From the NCBI GenBank assembly GCA_027057185.1, contig JALUJE010000106.1, positions 1-30,018 of the forward strand: 30,018 bases of DNA. Direction: 5' to 3'. Positions 7,832 to 16,338 of the stretch are shown piece by piece. Each line of letters starts with the position of its first letter. The first letter of the stretch is position 1. Source of the DNA: Helicobacteraceae bacterium. GTDB taxonomy: Bacteria > Campylobacterota > Campylobacteria > Campylobacterales > Sulfurimonadaceae. The position numbers and the translations under genes are program-made. The notes beneath the pieces are model-generated. The model saw only the letters and a program-made list of their open reading frames with translations. It was not told where the DNA came from and ran no database searches.

Positions 7832-8884
7832 TCACTCTTTATCCATCTTCTCTTTGGCTCCTTTGATGGCACCGTCAATGGCGGACTTGGCAACGCTCCA
7901 TGCATAAATACCCATTCGTTTAGCTTCCTGAGCTGTTTTGGAGTTCATTACCTTACTGCTTTGCTGCAGGGCATCTTCTTTAATATCGCTAAAACGTTCT
8001 TTCATTGTCTCAGCGGTTTCACGAGCTGCTTGAATGAGATGCTCCATATCAAATTTAATATCGCCGGTAATCTCGTCGAGTATCTCTTGAATCATTGGAC
8101 TGTTCTGTGCGGCAACATCATGAATGATACTGTTAAAGAGTGCATCAATATGATGGAGTTCTTGTTGGAGTGAGGCATAATTGTCAATCAGTATCATCTT
8201 GGCTTCATCGGGCATATAAAGTAACTGTTTGTTGAATTTATTGATGGAGCTTGTCAGCCCCTGACGCATTCCGCGCAATGTACCGCGCAGAATCTCCTTG
8301 GCGCTATTGGGGGAGGCTTCGGCAACATAGGTTGCGGTATTTAAAATGGTACTTAAAATACTTTTAACACGCAAGGTATTGGGAGTCTTTTCATTGAGCG
8401 TATGTGTTGTGATCTCTTGAATAGCTCCTTTAATACTCTCTTCAATATTCTCACTTTTCTCCAGAGCGGTGATAATTGCCGATTCACACATCTCTGCAAG
8501 CATATCATACAGATCAATGGATTGTAAGCGAATCTGGTGCAGCATGGTAAGAATTTCTTGAGGACTTTCCTGAAGGGCTTTTTCGATAGCATCGAATGTC
8601 TCTGCTTTTGCCAATTGTAGCGCTTCGCTTTTTTTTTCTAGCTGGCGTTCAATGCGTTCTTTTTGGGCAAGAAGTTCATCGACTTCATCGTGCAGTGATT
8701 TGACTTCAGCGTCCATAATTGCGGATGTGATAATTTTGAGTTCATTTTGTGTCATACCGGAAGTAGAGATATCCCACTCATTATGAATATGTTGCAGCAA
8801 AGCATCAGTACGCTCTTCAATGCTGTGGTGAGTATCAGATCTGTAAGTGCTTTTAATGTCCCGTTCGAGTTGTTTGTAGTCCAT
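7832..8884 (-). CDS. Helical/coiled-coil conserved hypothetical protein (resembles DUF6781 proteins of Campylobacterota)
   Basis: 350-aa ORF rich in E/K/L/I heptads, strong SD AAGGAGG, last gene of the moaC operon. The family name is from recall only. Confidence 0.7.
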   Translation of the reverse strand: MDYKQLERDIKSTYRSDTHHSIEERTDALLQHIHNEWDISTSGMTQNELKIITSAIMDAEVKSLHDEVDELLAQKERIERQLEKKSEALQLAKAETFDAIEKALQESPQEILTMLHQIRLQSIDLYDMLAEMCESAIITALEKSENIEESIKGAIQEITTHTLNEKTPNTLRVKSILSTILNTATYVAEASPNSAKEILRGTLRGMRQGLTSSINKFNKQLLYMPDEAKMILIDNYASLQQELHHIDALFNSIIHDVAAQNSPMIQEILDEITGDIKFDMEHLIQAARETAETMKERFSDIKEDALQQSSKVMNSKTAQEAKRMGIYAWSVAKSAIDGAIKGAKEKMDKE

Positions 8885-8895
8885 AGTGCTCCTCC

Positions 8896-9165
8896 TTACA
8901 GAACCATTTTAACATGTTGATTGGCCTTAAGTGCTTCGTAAATAAAATTACGATCCTCTTCATTGTGCACCAGAAGGTCAAGATTCATGCTCAAGTAGGT
9001 GCCACTACAACTCTGATTTGACTGTTTTAGTGTATGGGCACGTTCACAGATGACATCGTGAACGGCCTGTTCGAGTCGTTCGCGCTCTTTGCCAATAATC
9101 TTATAGGTCCAGTTGCAGGGATACTCCAGTTGGAGTTTTTGCGTACTATCGTTGATAATTTCCAC
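8896..9165 (-). CDS. DUF493 / YbeD / HP0495-family protein
   Basis: [13 protein letters not shown]...[29 protein letters not shown]. Start reassigned to GTG 9165, which has an SD AAGGAGG upstream. Confidence 0.88.
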   Translation of the reverse strand: MEIINDSTQKLQLEYPCNWTYKIIGKERERLEQAVHDVICERAHTLKQSNQSCSGTYLSMNLDLLVHNEEDRNFIYEALKANQHVKMVL

Positions 9166-9616
9166 TCTTGCCTCCTTCTTTGGATTCGAGTTGGATCTGA
9201 TGTATGACCATCGCCTTGTCAATGGCTTTGACCATATCATAAACGGTAAGCAGTCCAATGCTTACTCCGGTGAGAGCTTCCATCTCCACTCCGGTTTTCC
9301 CGGTCAATTTTACTTTGAGAAACATCTTAAACCCGGGTAGTTCCGGTAGCTCTTGCATATCACACTCAATACCGCTGAGATTGAGTGGATGACACATGGG
9401 AATCAGTTCGCTGGTTTTTTTTGTACCCATAATTGCGGCAATTACCGCTGTCTGAAGTACCGGTCCTTTTTTGGCTTTTTCATGGATGATAGCATCATAG
9501 GCATCACGACTCATCTCAATAATGCCACTGGCAACCGCGATGCGGGTACTGGACTCTTTCGCCGAGACATCGACCATTTTGGGGCGATCGTGCTCATCTA
9601 AATGGGTTAATTTCAT
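9146..9616 (-). CDS. moaC: Cyclic pyranopterin monophosphate synthase (Moco biosynthesis)
   Basis: LTHLD...[44 protein letters not shown]. Confidence 0.98.
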   Translation of the reverse strand: MKLTHLDEHDRPKMVDVSAKESSTRIAVASGIIEMSRDAYDAIIHEKAKKGPVLQTAVIAAIMGTKKTSELIPMCHPLNLSGIECDMQELPELPGFKMFLKVKLTGKTGVEMEALTGVSIGLLTVYDMVKAIDKAMVIHQIQLESKEGGKSGNYQR

Positions 9617-9645
9617 TGTGCTTCCAACAACGTAAGTATGACGTC

Positions 9646-9654
9646 ATTATAGCA
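9646..9654 (-). promoter_or_regulatory. Extended -10 promoter (TGnTATAAT) for the moaC operon
   Basis: The minus strand reads TGCTATAAT about 30 bp upstream of the moaC ATG. Confidence 0.65.
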
Positions 9655-9725
9655 GAGGATTTTCAATAAATTACCATGCATTGCGGTAAACGACTAAGGA
9701 AATGTATGAAAACTAATTCTTTGAG

Positions 9726-9752
9726 TAAAGTTTTTGTTAAAGTGGTCGATAT
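9726..9752 (+). promoter_or_regulatory. Sigma28 (FliA) promoter for the cytochrome-MCP operon
   Basis: TAAAGTTT-N11-GTCGATAT against the consensus TAAAGTTT-N11-GCCGATAA; 37 bp upstream of ATG 9790. Confidence 0.75.
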
Positions 9753-9789
9753 AACTCGAAATAAAACCATCAACCCTAAAGGAGAAGTT

Positions 9790-10296
9790 ATGAAAAATAT
9801 TGCTGTTACAGCCCTCGCAGGTATGTTGTCAGTCAGTTTATTGGCAGGATCTGAAGCGTCATACCCTGCCACATGGAAAGAATTTGTGAGTGTTAAAACG
9901 CCGCTGATGAAAGCCGGAGGTGCTCTTCCTGGGTGTGATGCCGATGTCAGCAGTCTGCCCAAGGTGTATCAGGAAACGGTAGCGACCTATTGTGCCGTGA
10001 AAGAGGGTGGCCCTGGAGTAGTAGAAATTTTGGTAGCACCTGAAGCACTTGAGACCTATAAAGCCAGAAACGGAGCATTTCACGACGGCGATACCCTAAT
10101 TTTGCATCTAAAAGACCTTCAGGTACTTTTTGTTACATCCTATAAAGGAAACAAACCGCTGTATGGCGTGTATGACGAGTCTGGAAAAGACGTTGCGTCT
10201 TCTGAGGGTTCCGGATTGCACCCAAATGACTGTCGAACTTGTCATACGGGCTATGAAGCATTTGGTGTCAATGGTCAGATGGGCTCATTAAAATAG
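9790..10296 (+). CDS. Periplasmic monoheme c-type cytochrome, cytochrome P460 / c'-beta-like
   Basis: Sec signal, N-terminal YPATWKEF, FHDGDTLILH beta-strand and a single C-terminal CRTCH (10231-10245). Start reassigned to ATG 9790 (SD AAGGAG). Confidence 0.72.
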   Translation: MKNIAVTALAGMLSVSLLAGSEASYPATWKEFVSVKTPLMKAGGALPGCDADVSSLPKVYQETVATYCAVKEGGPGVVEILVAPEALETYKARNGAFHDGDTLILHLKDLQVLFVTSYKGNKPLYGVYDESGKDVASSEGSGLHPNDCRTCHTGYEAFGVNGQMGSLK

Positions 10297-10327
10297 TATT
10301 TGATACGTTAATTATAAGGAAATTGTT

Positions 10328-11932
10328 ATGGTATTAGGGAGGTTGTTGTCTATAAAAATCTTGATTCAGCTCATGGTTGCAGTCATCTTGTTAGTTTCGT
10401 TTATGGTAACGGGGTATTTTTTGTATGAGGAGAAAGTGCATGAAAACGAACAGCATCTTGAGGAGATCAGTAAGGTGGCATTGGCTCCTATTGTCACCCT
10501 AGCGAATGCTTCGGTAGCGGGAGGGAATATCATGCGATTGAAAAATCAAGATGCCCAATCGCTTTATCATACCACCAAGGCACTGTTTATATCCATTAAG
10601 GGAATGAGTAATGCCAAAGAGATTTTTGGTAAAAAACAGCCCCCTAAAGAGATTGCATACACCTATCTTGGCAATACGGAAGCACCCGCATCGCTCTCTC
10701 AAAAAGCGGCATGGGAATTGCTCAGAAATACGCCCGAGACCCAGGGAGTCTTTTTTTCACCGGATCGTGCCTATCTGATTATTAAAAAGCGACTCGATGT
10801 CGCTAACGGCGGTGAGGTACAGGCAATTTTTGATTCGAGTCGATTGACATCACTACGAGTGAATACCATTGTGGCACTGCTCAAGATTCTTATTCCGATT
10901 ATGATTATTTTTCAGATATTGGCATTTTTCATCTCCCGTAAAATTTTAGAACCGTTGATCGAGACACAAAAAACTGTAGACGCCATGGCACAAAATCGTG
11001 ACCTTACTACCAGTATTGAGTTGGTGAAGATTGTAGAAATCAATGCGATTAATAGGAGTTTCAATAATCTCGTTGAGAGTATGCGGGGATTGATTCTCGA
11101 TGCCAAAAGTATCTCTGGGTCGACGCAGCAGCAGAGCAATAATTTAGTAGATATATCTGAAAAGACGTTAGCAGAAATACAGACTCAAGATACCCTGATT
11201 GCAACAACCTACAAAGATCTTGTCTCGATAAACGAGACTATTGCAACGTTGTGTGATGATACCAAAGAGGGCATTCGCGCTATTTCCGATACCAAACAGT
11301 CTGTGGATGACTTTAGTTCGCAACTTGAGAGTATGGCGGCACATATTATGCACAATCTGGAAACCGAAACGGAATTGAGTGAGCGAATTCATCAGGTGAG
11401 TGTTGAGACGGCAGAGGTAAAACTGGTGCTGGATGTGATTAAGGATATTGCCGATCAAACCAATTTGTTAGCCCTTAATGCTGCCATTGAGGCGGCACGC
11501 GCCGGTGAGCATGGCAGGGGTTTTGCTGTTGTCGCCGATGAGGTTAGACAGTTGGCCGAAAAGACCCAAAAAAGTCTTAACGATATTGAGAGCACGGTCA
11601 ATGTTATTGTTCAGTCTATCTCCAACGTCAGTGATGATATGAAACAAAACAGTGAGCGTCTTCCCGAATTGGCCAATACGATGGAGACGTCCAAAGAGTC
11701 TATGCAGCATATTAGTGCACTTATGAACAATCTCCGGGATGATGCGCAACAGGTATCGGACATTAATGCCGAGATTAGCCTATCTATCAGCAGGCTTCAG
11801 TCCAATATGGATCAGGTGCATAAAATTTCGCAGGTGAATGAACAGATGACGGCACAAGTGACGCACAGTGCTAAAGATCTCAAAGGTTCAGTAGCCATGC
11901 TCGATAAAAATATTGAAACCTTCAAAATTTAG
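10328..11932 (+). CDS. Methyl-accepting chemotaxis protein (two TMs, periplasmic sensor, HAMP, signalling domain)
   Basis: [41 protein letters not shown]; two hydrophobic segments flank a periplasmic domain of about 150 aa. Confidence 0.97.
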   Translation: MVLGRLLSIKILIQLMVAVILLVSFMVTGYFLYEEKVHENEQHLEEISKVALAPIVTLANASVAGGNIMRLKNQDAQSLYHTTKALFISIKGMSNAKEIFGKKQPPKEIAYTYLGNTEAPASLSQKAAWELLRNTPETQGVFFSPDRAYLIIKKRLDVANGGEVQAIFDSSRLTSLRVNTIVALLKILIPIMIIFQILAFFISRKILEPLIETQKTVDAMAQNRDLTTSIELVKIVEINAINRSFNNLVESMRGLILDAKSISGSTQQQSNNLVDISEKTLAEIQTQDTLIATTYKDLVSINETIATLCDDTKEGIRAISDTKQSVDDFSSQLESMAAHIMHNLETETELSERIHQVSVETAEVKLVLDVIKDIADQTNLLALNAAIEAARAGEHGRGFAVVADEVRQLAEKTQKSLNDIESTVNVIVQSISNVSDDMKQNSERLPELANTMETSKESMQHISALMNNLRDDAQQVSDINAEISLSISRLQSNMDQVHKISQVNEQMTAQVTHSAKDLKGSVAMLDKNIETFKI

Positions 11933-11944
11933 GAAGGGTTTGTA

Positions 11945-12679
11945 CTACAACCCCAGAGCAGTAACGGCTTCGGCCGACATACGGTGTTTTTCACCGGTAT
12001 TGCCGTAGGCGTAGGCCTCTTGGAGGGCATCATGATGAAAAACCACCTCATGTGTGCGTTTTCCTTTGGTATTGTAAAAATATGCCGTACCCTCTTTGCG
12101 TTCATGTTGAAACGGAATTTCAGCGGCAAGGCTACCGTCACGACGATAGTGTTTTACTATGCCCTCTATCTTACCATCGCGGTACGGTGTGAGTCGTTTT
12201 AATGCGCCGTCTTCAAAGTACTCGGTACTTTCACCATCGGGCTCGCCATTTTTTACATGTAAACTAACACGAATATTACCGTTACCATAGTAACTTTTAG
12301 AAGGACCGTTGAGGACTCCCTTACGGTATGTTTTTTCAATGGTGACGTTGCCGTGGGCATCAAATTGTCGTTCTATACCGTGTTTTTTACCATGTTTAAT
12401 GGAGACTTCGGCAATTTTTTTACCTGATTGATACTCTTTGACCATGCTCAGCGCTCCATCGTGGTCATACTCCCGAGCCAATCCAGAGGGGCTGCCATGC
12501 TCATAGGTGACCTCAAAATAACGGTTGCCGTTTTTGTAAAACCCTTGGGACAATCCATGGCGTTTTCCGTTATCAAAGGACTCTTTGAGCCGCAGCTCTC
12601 CGCTTTTATAGTAGGATGTGCGCATCTCGGCATGAAGCAGCATGCTAAATACCATAACTATAATGACGTAGAATTTCAT
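11945..12679 (-). CDS. Exported MORN-variant repeat protein (YwqK-antitoxin-like family)
   Basis: Signal peptide followed by repeated units such as YYKSG, FYKNG, YDHDG, FDAHG, YYGNG, YFEDG, YRRDG, YNTKG, with G...G.. turns between them. Confidence 0.88.
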   Translation of the reverse strand: MKFYVIIVMVFSMLLHAEMRTSYYKSGELRLKESFDNGKRHGLSQGFYKNGNRYFEVTYEHGSPSGLAREYDHDGALSMVKEYQSGKKIAEVSIKHGKKHGIERQFDAHGNVTIEKTYRKGVLNGPSKSYYGNGNIRVSLHVKNGEPDGESTEYFEDGALKRLTPYRDGKIEGIVKHYRRDGSLAAEIPFQHERKEGTAYFYNTKGKRTHEVVFHHDALQEAYAYGNTGEKHRMSAEAVTALGL

Positions 12680-12704
12680 GACTTACTCCCATATGATAGT
12701 GCTT

Positions 12705-12713
12705 AGTATAGCA
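12705..12713 (-). promoter_or_regulatory. Extended -10 promoter (TGCTATACT) for the MORN-repeat gene
   Basis: Minus strand TGC-TATACT, 25 bp upstream of ATG 12679; SD GGGAG. Confidence 0.55.
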
Positions 12714-12719
12714 ACTTTT

Positions 12720-12728
12720 TGATACACT
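12720..12728 (+). promoter_or_regulatory. Extended -10 promoter (TGATACACT) for the HAD-gluP-mutarotase operon, probably leaderless
   Basis: TGA-TACACT ends 7 nt before ATG 12736, and no SD is present. Confidence 0.5.
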
Positions 12729-12735
12729 TTCAGTT

Positions 12736-13560
12736 ATGAACACTGTTTTTATTACCGATTTGGATCATACCTTCTTGCGAAGCGACTTGAGTATTAGCCC
12801 CTATAGCGAACGTGTTTGGAATGCCAAAGCTGCACACAACACGCTTACGATTGCAACGGCGCGCAGTTTTAAAAAGAGTGAGCAGTTTGTCAAAAATTTA
12901 CATGTAAATGCTCCAATGATTTTACTTGATGGCTCTTTGATTGTCTCAGAAAGCAGACAGATTATTGAACGCCGATGTATTGACAAAGAGCTGGGTGATG
13001 CCGTGATTGATCTGGGTGCGACACTCAACAGTTTTCCGTTTGTACTGGCCCTTCAGGACACCGACTTGAATGAGGCATTTCTCTACCCCACACAGCGTAA
13101 TGTATATCAACATAGGTTGTTGCAACGCTACCGCGATGATGACAATTTACAAGAAGCGGCACACATCCGGGCGATGAAAGAGAATTTTAAACTGGTTTAT
13201 ATGGGAGAGGAAGCGATGCTGCAAGAACTTTACTTGCGTTTTAGAGAGATGTTCGGTGATGCGTTAAAGTATATTTTGGCACCTGAAGCGTATATGGGGT
13301 GTCATTTTTTAACGCTGTTACACCCGCATGCAGATAAAGCACACGGGTTAGAGTGTGTGAGCGAGTATTTAGGATGCCATCGGAGTGAGATGACCGTATT
13401 TGGCGATAACCTGAATGATTTGGGGATGTTTGAATATGCCGGTACTGCCGTTGCGGTAAAAAATGCGCATGATGTGCTTAAGGCGCGTGCGGACATTGTA
13501 TTGGAATACAGTAATGATGAAGATGGTGTCGCCAGATACCTAGAAGCGCAGAGAGGCTAA
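12736..13560 (+). CDS. Cof-type HAD-IIB sugar-phosphate phosphatase
   Basis: Motif I TDLDHT, motif II ATAR, K in ADKAHG, motif IV FGDNLND. Confidence 0.93.
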   Translation: MNTVFITDLDHTFLRSDLSISPYSERVWNAKAAHNTLTIATARSFKKSEQFVKNLHVNAPMILLDGSLIVSESRQIIERRCIDKELGDAVIDLGATLNSFPFVLALQDTDLNEAFLYPTQRNVYQHRLLQRYRDDDNLQEAAHIRAMKENFKLVYMGEEAMLQELYLRFREMFGDALKYILAPEAYMGCHFLTLLHPHADKAHGLECVSEYLGCHRSEMTVFGDNLNDLGMFEYAGTAVAVKNAHDVLKARADIVLEYSNDEDGVARYLEAQRG

Positions 13561-13561
13561 T

Positions 13562-14833
13562 ATGACAGAACGATCCTCCTTTTTTCCCATGGTCATTATC
13601 GGAATTCTCTTTTTTATTTTTGGCTTTGTCACATGGCTTAACGGCTCGTTGATTCCCTTTTTAAAAATTATCTGCGAGCTCAACGAGTTTGAAGCACTGC
13701 TGGTCACGTTTGCTTTTTATATTGCCTATACTGTGATGGCGCTGCCGATGTCGTACGTACTCAATCGTAGTGGATATAAAAAAGGTATGGCAATTGGTCT
13801 GGGTATTATGGCGATTGGAGCACTGCTTTTTATTCCTGCAGCATATAGCGGTAGTTTCTGGGTATTTCTACTGGCACTCTTTACGCTGGGAACCGGGCTG
13901 ACTATTTTGCAGACCGCCTCCAATCCCTATGTGGTACATATTGGTCCGCAAAAGAGTGCTGCGATGCGTATTAGTATTATGGGCATCATTAACAAAAGTG
14001 CCGGCGTATTGGTACCGCTGTTGTTTACCTCGCTAATTTTGAGCGATATGGGGAGTTTTCAGCAGGAGCATTTGAGCCTGTTGGAACGGGAGGCACTGGC
14101 TTCACGACTCATTGTTCCGTATCTGGTAATGGCGGCAACACTGATTGCGCTAATTGCATTAGTGATGTTCTGCGCACTTCCTGAGCTCGCACTGGAGACT
14201 CAAACAAATTCAGATAAGGAGGCGACTAGTATTTTACACTATCCTCGGGTGGTTCTTGGGGCGATGGCACTCTTTTTTTATGTCGGCATTGAAGTGATTG
14301 CCGGCGATACCATCGGACTTTTTGGTGCGGCGTTGGATGTGGAAAATTTTACAGCACTTACTTCATATACTATGGCTTTTATGGTATTGGGGTATCTTGT
14401 AGGCGTGACCCTTATTCCCAGATACCTTTCACAAGAACGTGCATTGCTGTTTTCGGCACTTTTTGGGCTTCTGTTTGTCGTGGGAGTTCTTCTCTCTTCA
14501 GCTGCGAGCACCGACCTTTCCGAAGCACTTTGGGGATGGAGCGGCATCGCGTTATTGCCTGATCCGGTGACCTTTGTGGCATTACTGGGTTTTGCCAATG
14601 CTCTGGTCTGGCCCACTATCTGGCCGCTGGCACTTGAAGGATTGGGAAAGCATACGGCGCAGGGCAGTGCATTATTGATTATGGGTATTGCCGGCGGTGC
14701 AATATTGCCGCTACTCTTTGGAACAGTGGCGCAACTGAGTACGCTACAGTCTGCATATGTTGTGGGTATTGCCTGCTATGTATTCATACTGTTCTATGCC
14801 GTCAAAGGGCATAAAATCGTGTGCTGGAGCTGA
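13562..14833 (+). CDS. gluP: Glucose/galactose MFS transporter (GluP/FucP family)
   Basis: LFFIFGFVTWLNGSL, LQTASNPYV, FFYVGIEV, GFANALVWPTIWPLAL, MGIAGGAILP; about 12 TMs. Confidence 0.88.
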   Translation: MTERSSFFPMVIIGILFFIFGFVTWLNGSLIPFLKIICELNEFEALLVTFAFYIAYTVMALPMSYVLNRSGYKKGMAIGLGIMAIGALLFIPAAYSGSFWVFLLALFTLGTGLTILQTASNPYVVHIGPQKSAAMRISIMGIINKSAGVLVPLLFTSLILSDMGSFQQEHLSLLEREALASRLIVPYLVMAATLIALIALVMFCALPELALETQTNSDKEATSILHYPRVVLGAMALFFYVGIEVIAGDTIGLFGAALDVENFTALTSYTMAFMVLGYLVGVTLIPRYLSQERALLFSALFGLLFVVGVLLSSAASTDLSEALWGWSGIALLPDPVTFVALLGFANALVWPTIWPLALEGLGKHTAQGSALLIMGIAGGAILPLLFGTVAQLSTLQSAYVVGIACYVFILFYAVKGHKIVCWS

Positions 14834-15687
14834 TGATGATTGTACATCATACAATGGAAAACGGCTTTGAATATCTTGAGATACGTAATGACAGTGCTAC
14901 TGCTAAAATCGCCTTGCAGGGAGCACATCTGTTTTACTATGCACGTCATGGGGATGCTCCGCTGCTGTGGGTGAGTAGAACCTCTGCTTTTGAGGCGGGG
15001 GAGGCAATTCGCGGCGGGGTGCCGTTATGCTGGCCATGGTTTGGCCAGCATCAGTACAACACCGAACTGCCACAGCATGGGTTTGCCCGTACTGCACGCT
15101 TTGAGCAGGTCGGCGCAACCGAAACTGAGGGTGCTACGAGTGTGACGTTTTGCTTGCGTGCTTCCGCAGAGAGTATGTTAGTGTTCCCGTATGCATTTGA
15201 ACTGCAGTATACGGTGAGAGTGGCACAGACGTTGACTCTGGAATTGACGACTTACAATCGTGATAGCCGGGCTTTTTCTCTTACTCAGGCACTGCACAGT
15301 TATTTTGCCGTTTCTAATATTGCCAATATACATGTAACAGGATTGGAAGGTCTGGATTATATTGATTATGTCAACGCGCAACGCCGAGAGCATCAGGACG
15401 GATCAGTAGTGATTGCGCAAGAAGTCGATCGTGTTTATGAGGGGGTGGTGTCACCGGTTGTGTTGGTGGATGCAACGCGTTGTATCGGTATTACTAATAC
15501 CGGCTCACGCTCTGTGGTGGTCTGGAACCCATGGATAGAAAAAGGGACACGTATGCGTGCTATGGAGCCGACGGGCTACCGGAGCATGCTCTGTATTGAG
15601 AGTGCGAACGCCCTTTGTGATGCCCGCACGATTGCACCGGAGCAGCATCACACGCTAACTGCGGTAATCAGTAGTACCATACTCTGA
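14833..15687 (+). CDS. D-hexose-6-phosphate mutarotase (aldose 1-epimerase, YeaD-like)
   Basis: LQGAH, AIRGGVPLCWPWFG, HGFAR, ALHSYF, EVDRVY, VVWNPW, MLCIESAN. Start is ATG 14833 (overlapping the gluP TGA) or 14836. Confidence 0.93.
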   Translation: MMIVHHTMENGFEYLEIRNDSATAKIALQGAHLFYYARHGDAPLLWVSRTSAFEAGEAIRGGVPLCWPWFGQHQYNTELPQHGFARTARFEQVGATETEGATSVTFCLRASAESMLVFPYAFELQYTVRVAQTLTLELTTYNRDSRAFSLTQALHSYFAVSNIANIHVTGLEGLDYIDYVNAQRREHQDGSVVIAQEVDRVYEGVVSPVVLVDATRCIGITNTGSRSVVVWNPWIEKGTRMRAMEPTGYRSMLCIESANALCDARTIAPEQHHTLTAVISSTIL

Positions 15688-16335
15688 TGCCCGAAGCGCC
15701 GTTAAACGTTCTGGAGTACCAATATCATGCCAGATTCCTTGGTATAACACACCACTAACACGTTGGTTAGTTGCCGCATTGCGTAACAGGGGTGCTAGTG
15801 GCTGTGATCCAGGGGAGAGATGCTCAAATAGCTCTGCGCGGTAATAACCGATACCGCTAAATGTGAATCGTGGAGTGCTATTATTGACAATATGCTCATG
15901 TACGAGGGCAAAATCTCCTTCTGGGTTATGGGAGGGGTTGGGTACGACAATGAGATGGGCAAGACAGCGCTTGAGCTGAATGTGAGGCATCACAGGGTAA
16001 TCGCACCAGATATCGCCGTTAATGACGAGAAATTCATTGCCTAAAAAGGGCAGTGCTTTGAGAATACCACCGGCACTCTCCAGAGCGCCGGTTGCTTGTT
16101 CATCAGAGTAGGTAATATGCAGACCCCACTGTGTACCATCTCCCAGAACTTCCGGAATTTTGTAACCCAGATGGGCGATGTTAATGACCACGTCTTTAAA
16201 GCCGTTGCGTGATAACCGTTCAAGGTGATGGACAATGAGCGGTTTGCCATAAACGGTTAGTAAGGGTTTGGGCAGGGTGTCGCTCAGCGGTCGCATGCGT
16301 TCACCGCGACCGGCAGCAAGAATCATTGCCGTCAC
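15655..16335 (-). CDS. murU: N-acetylmuramate alpha-1-phosphate uridylyltransferase
   Basis: AMILAAGRGERMRPLSDTLPKPLL, LESAGGI, NGDIWCD, NPEGDF, TFSGIGYY, WHDIGTPERL; clustered with amgK. Confidence 0.92.
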   Translation of the reverse strand: MTAMILAAGRGERMRPLSDTLPKPLLTVYGKPLIVHHLERLSRNGFKDVVINIAHLGYKIPEVLGDGTQWGLHITYSDEQATGALESAGGILKALPFLGNEFLVINGDIWCDYPVMPHIQLKRCLAHLIVVPNPSHNPEGDFALVHEHIVNNSTPRFTFSGIGYYRAELFEHLSPGSQPLAPLLRNAATNQRVSGVLYQGIWHDIGTPERLTALRASEYGTTDYRS

Positions 16336-16338
16336 AGG

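Noticed and set aside
8629-8637. Homopolymer tracts (A9 on the minus strand here, A8 near 29130) as phase-variation switches
   Set aside because: Campylobacterota phase variation typically uses G/C tracts. These A runs encode Lys/Glu in intact frames or are intergenic.
9676-9789. 38-aa N-terminal extension of the cytochrome shown in the ORF track
   Set aside because: It spans the sigma28 promoter. ATG 9790 has a strong SD and is followed directly by a signal peptide.
15655-15687. Convergent 3' overlaps (mutarotase/murU, 33 bp; MCO/ogt at 25715-25740, 26 bp) as antisense regulation
   Set aside because: Short tail-to-tail overlaps are common in compact genomes and there is no other evidence.
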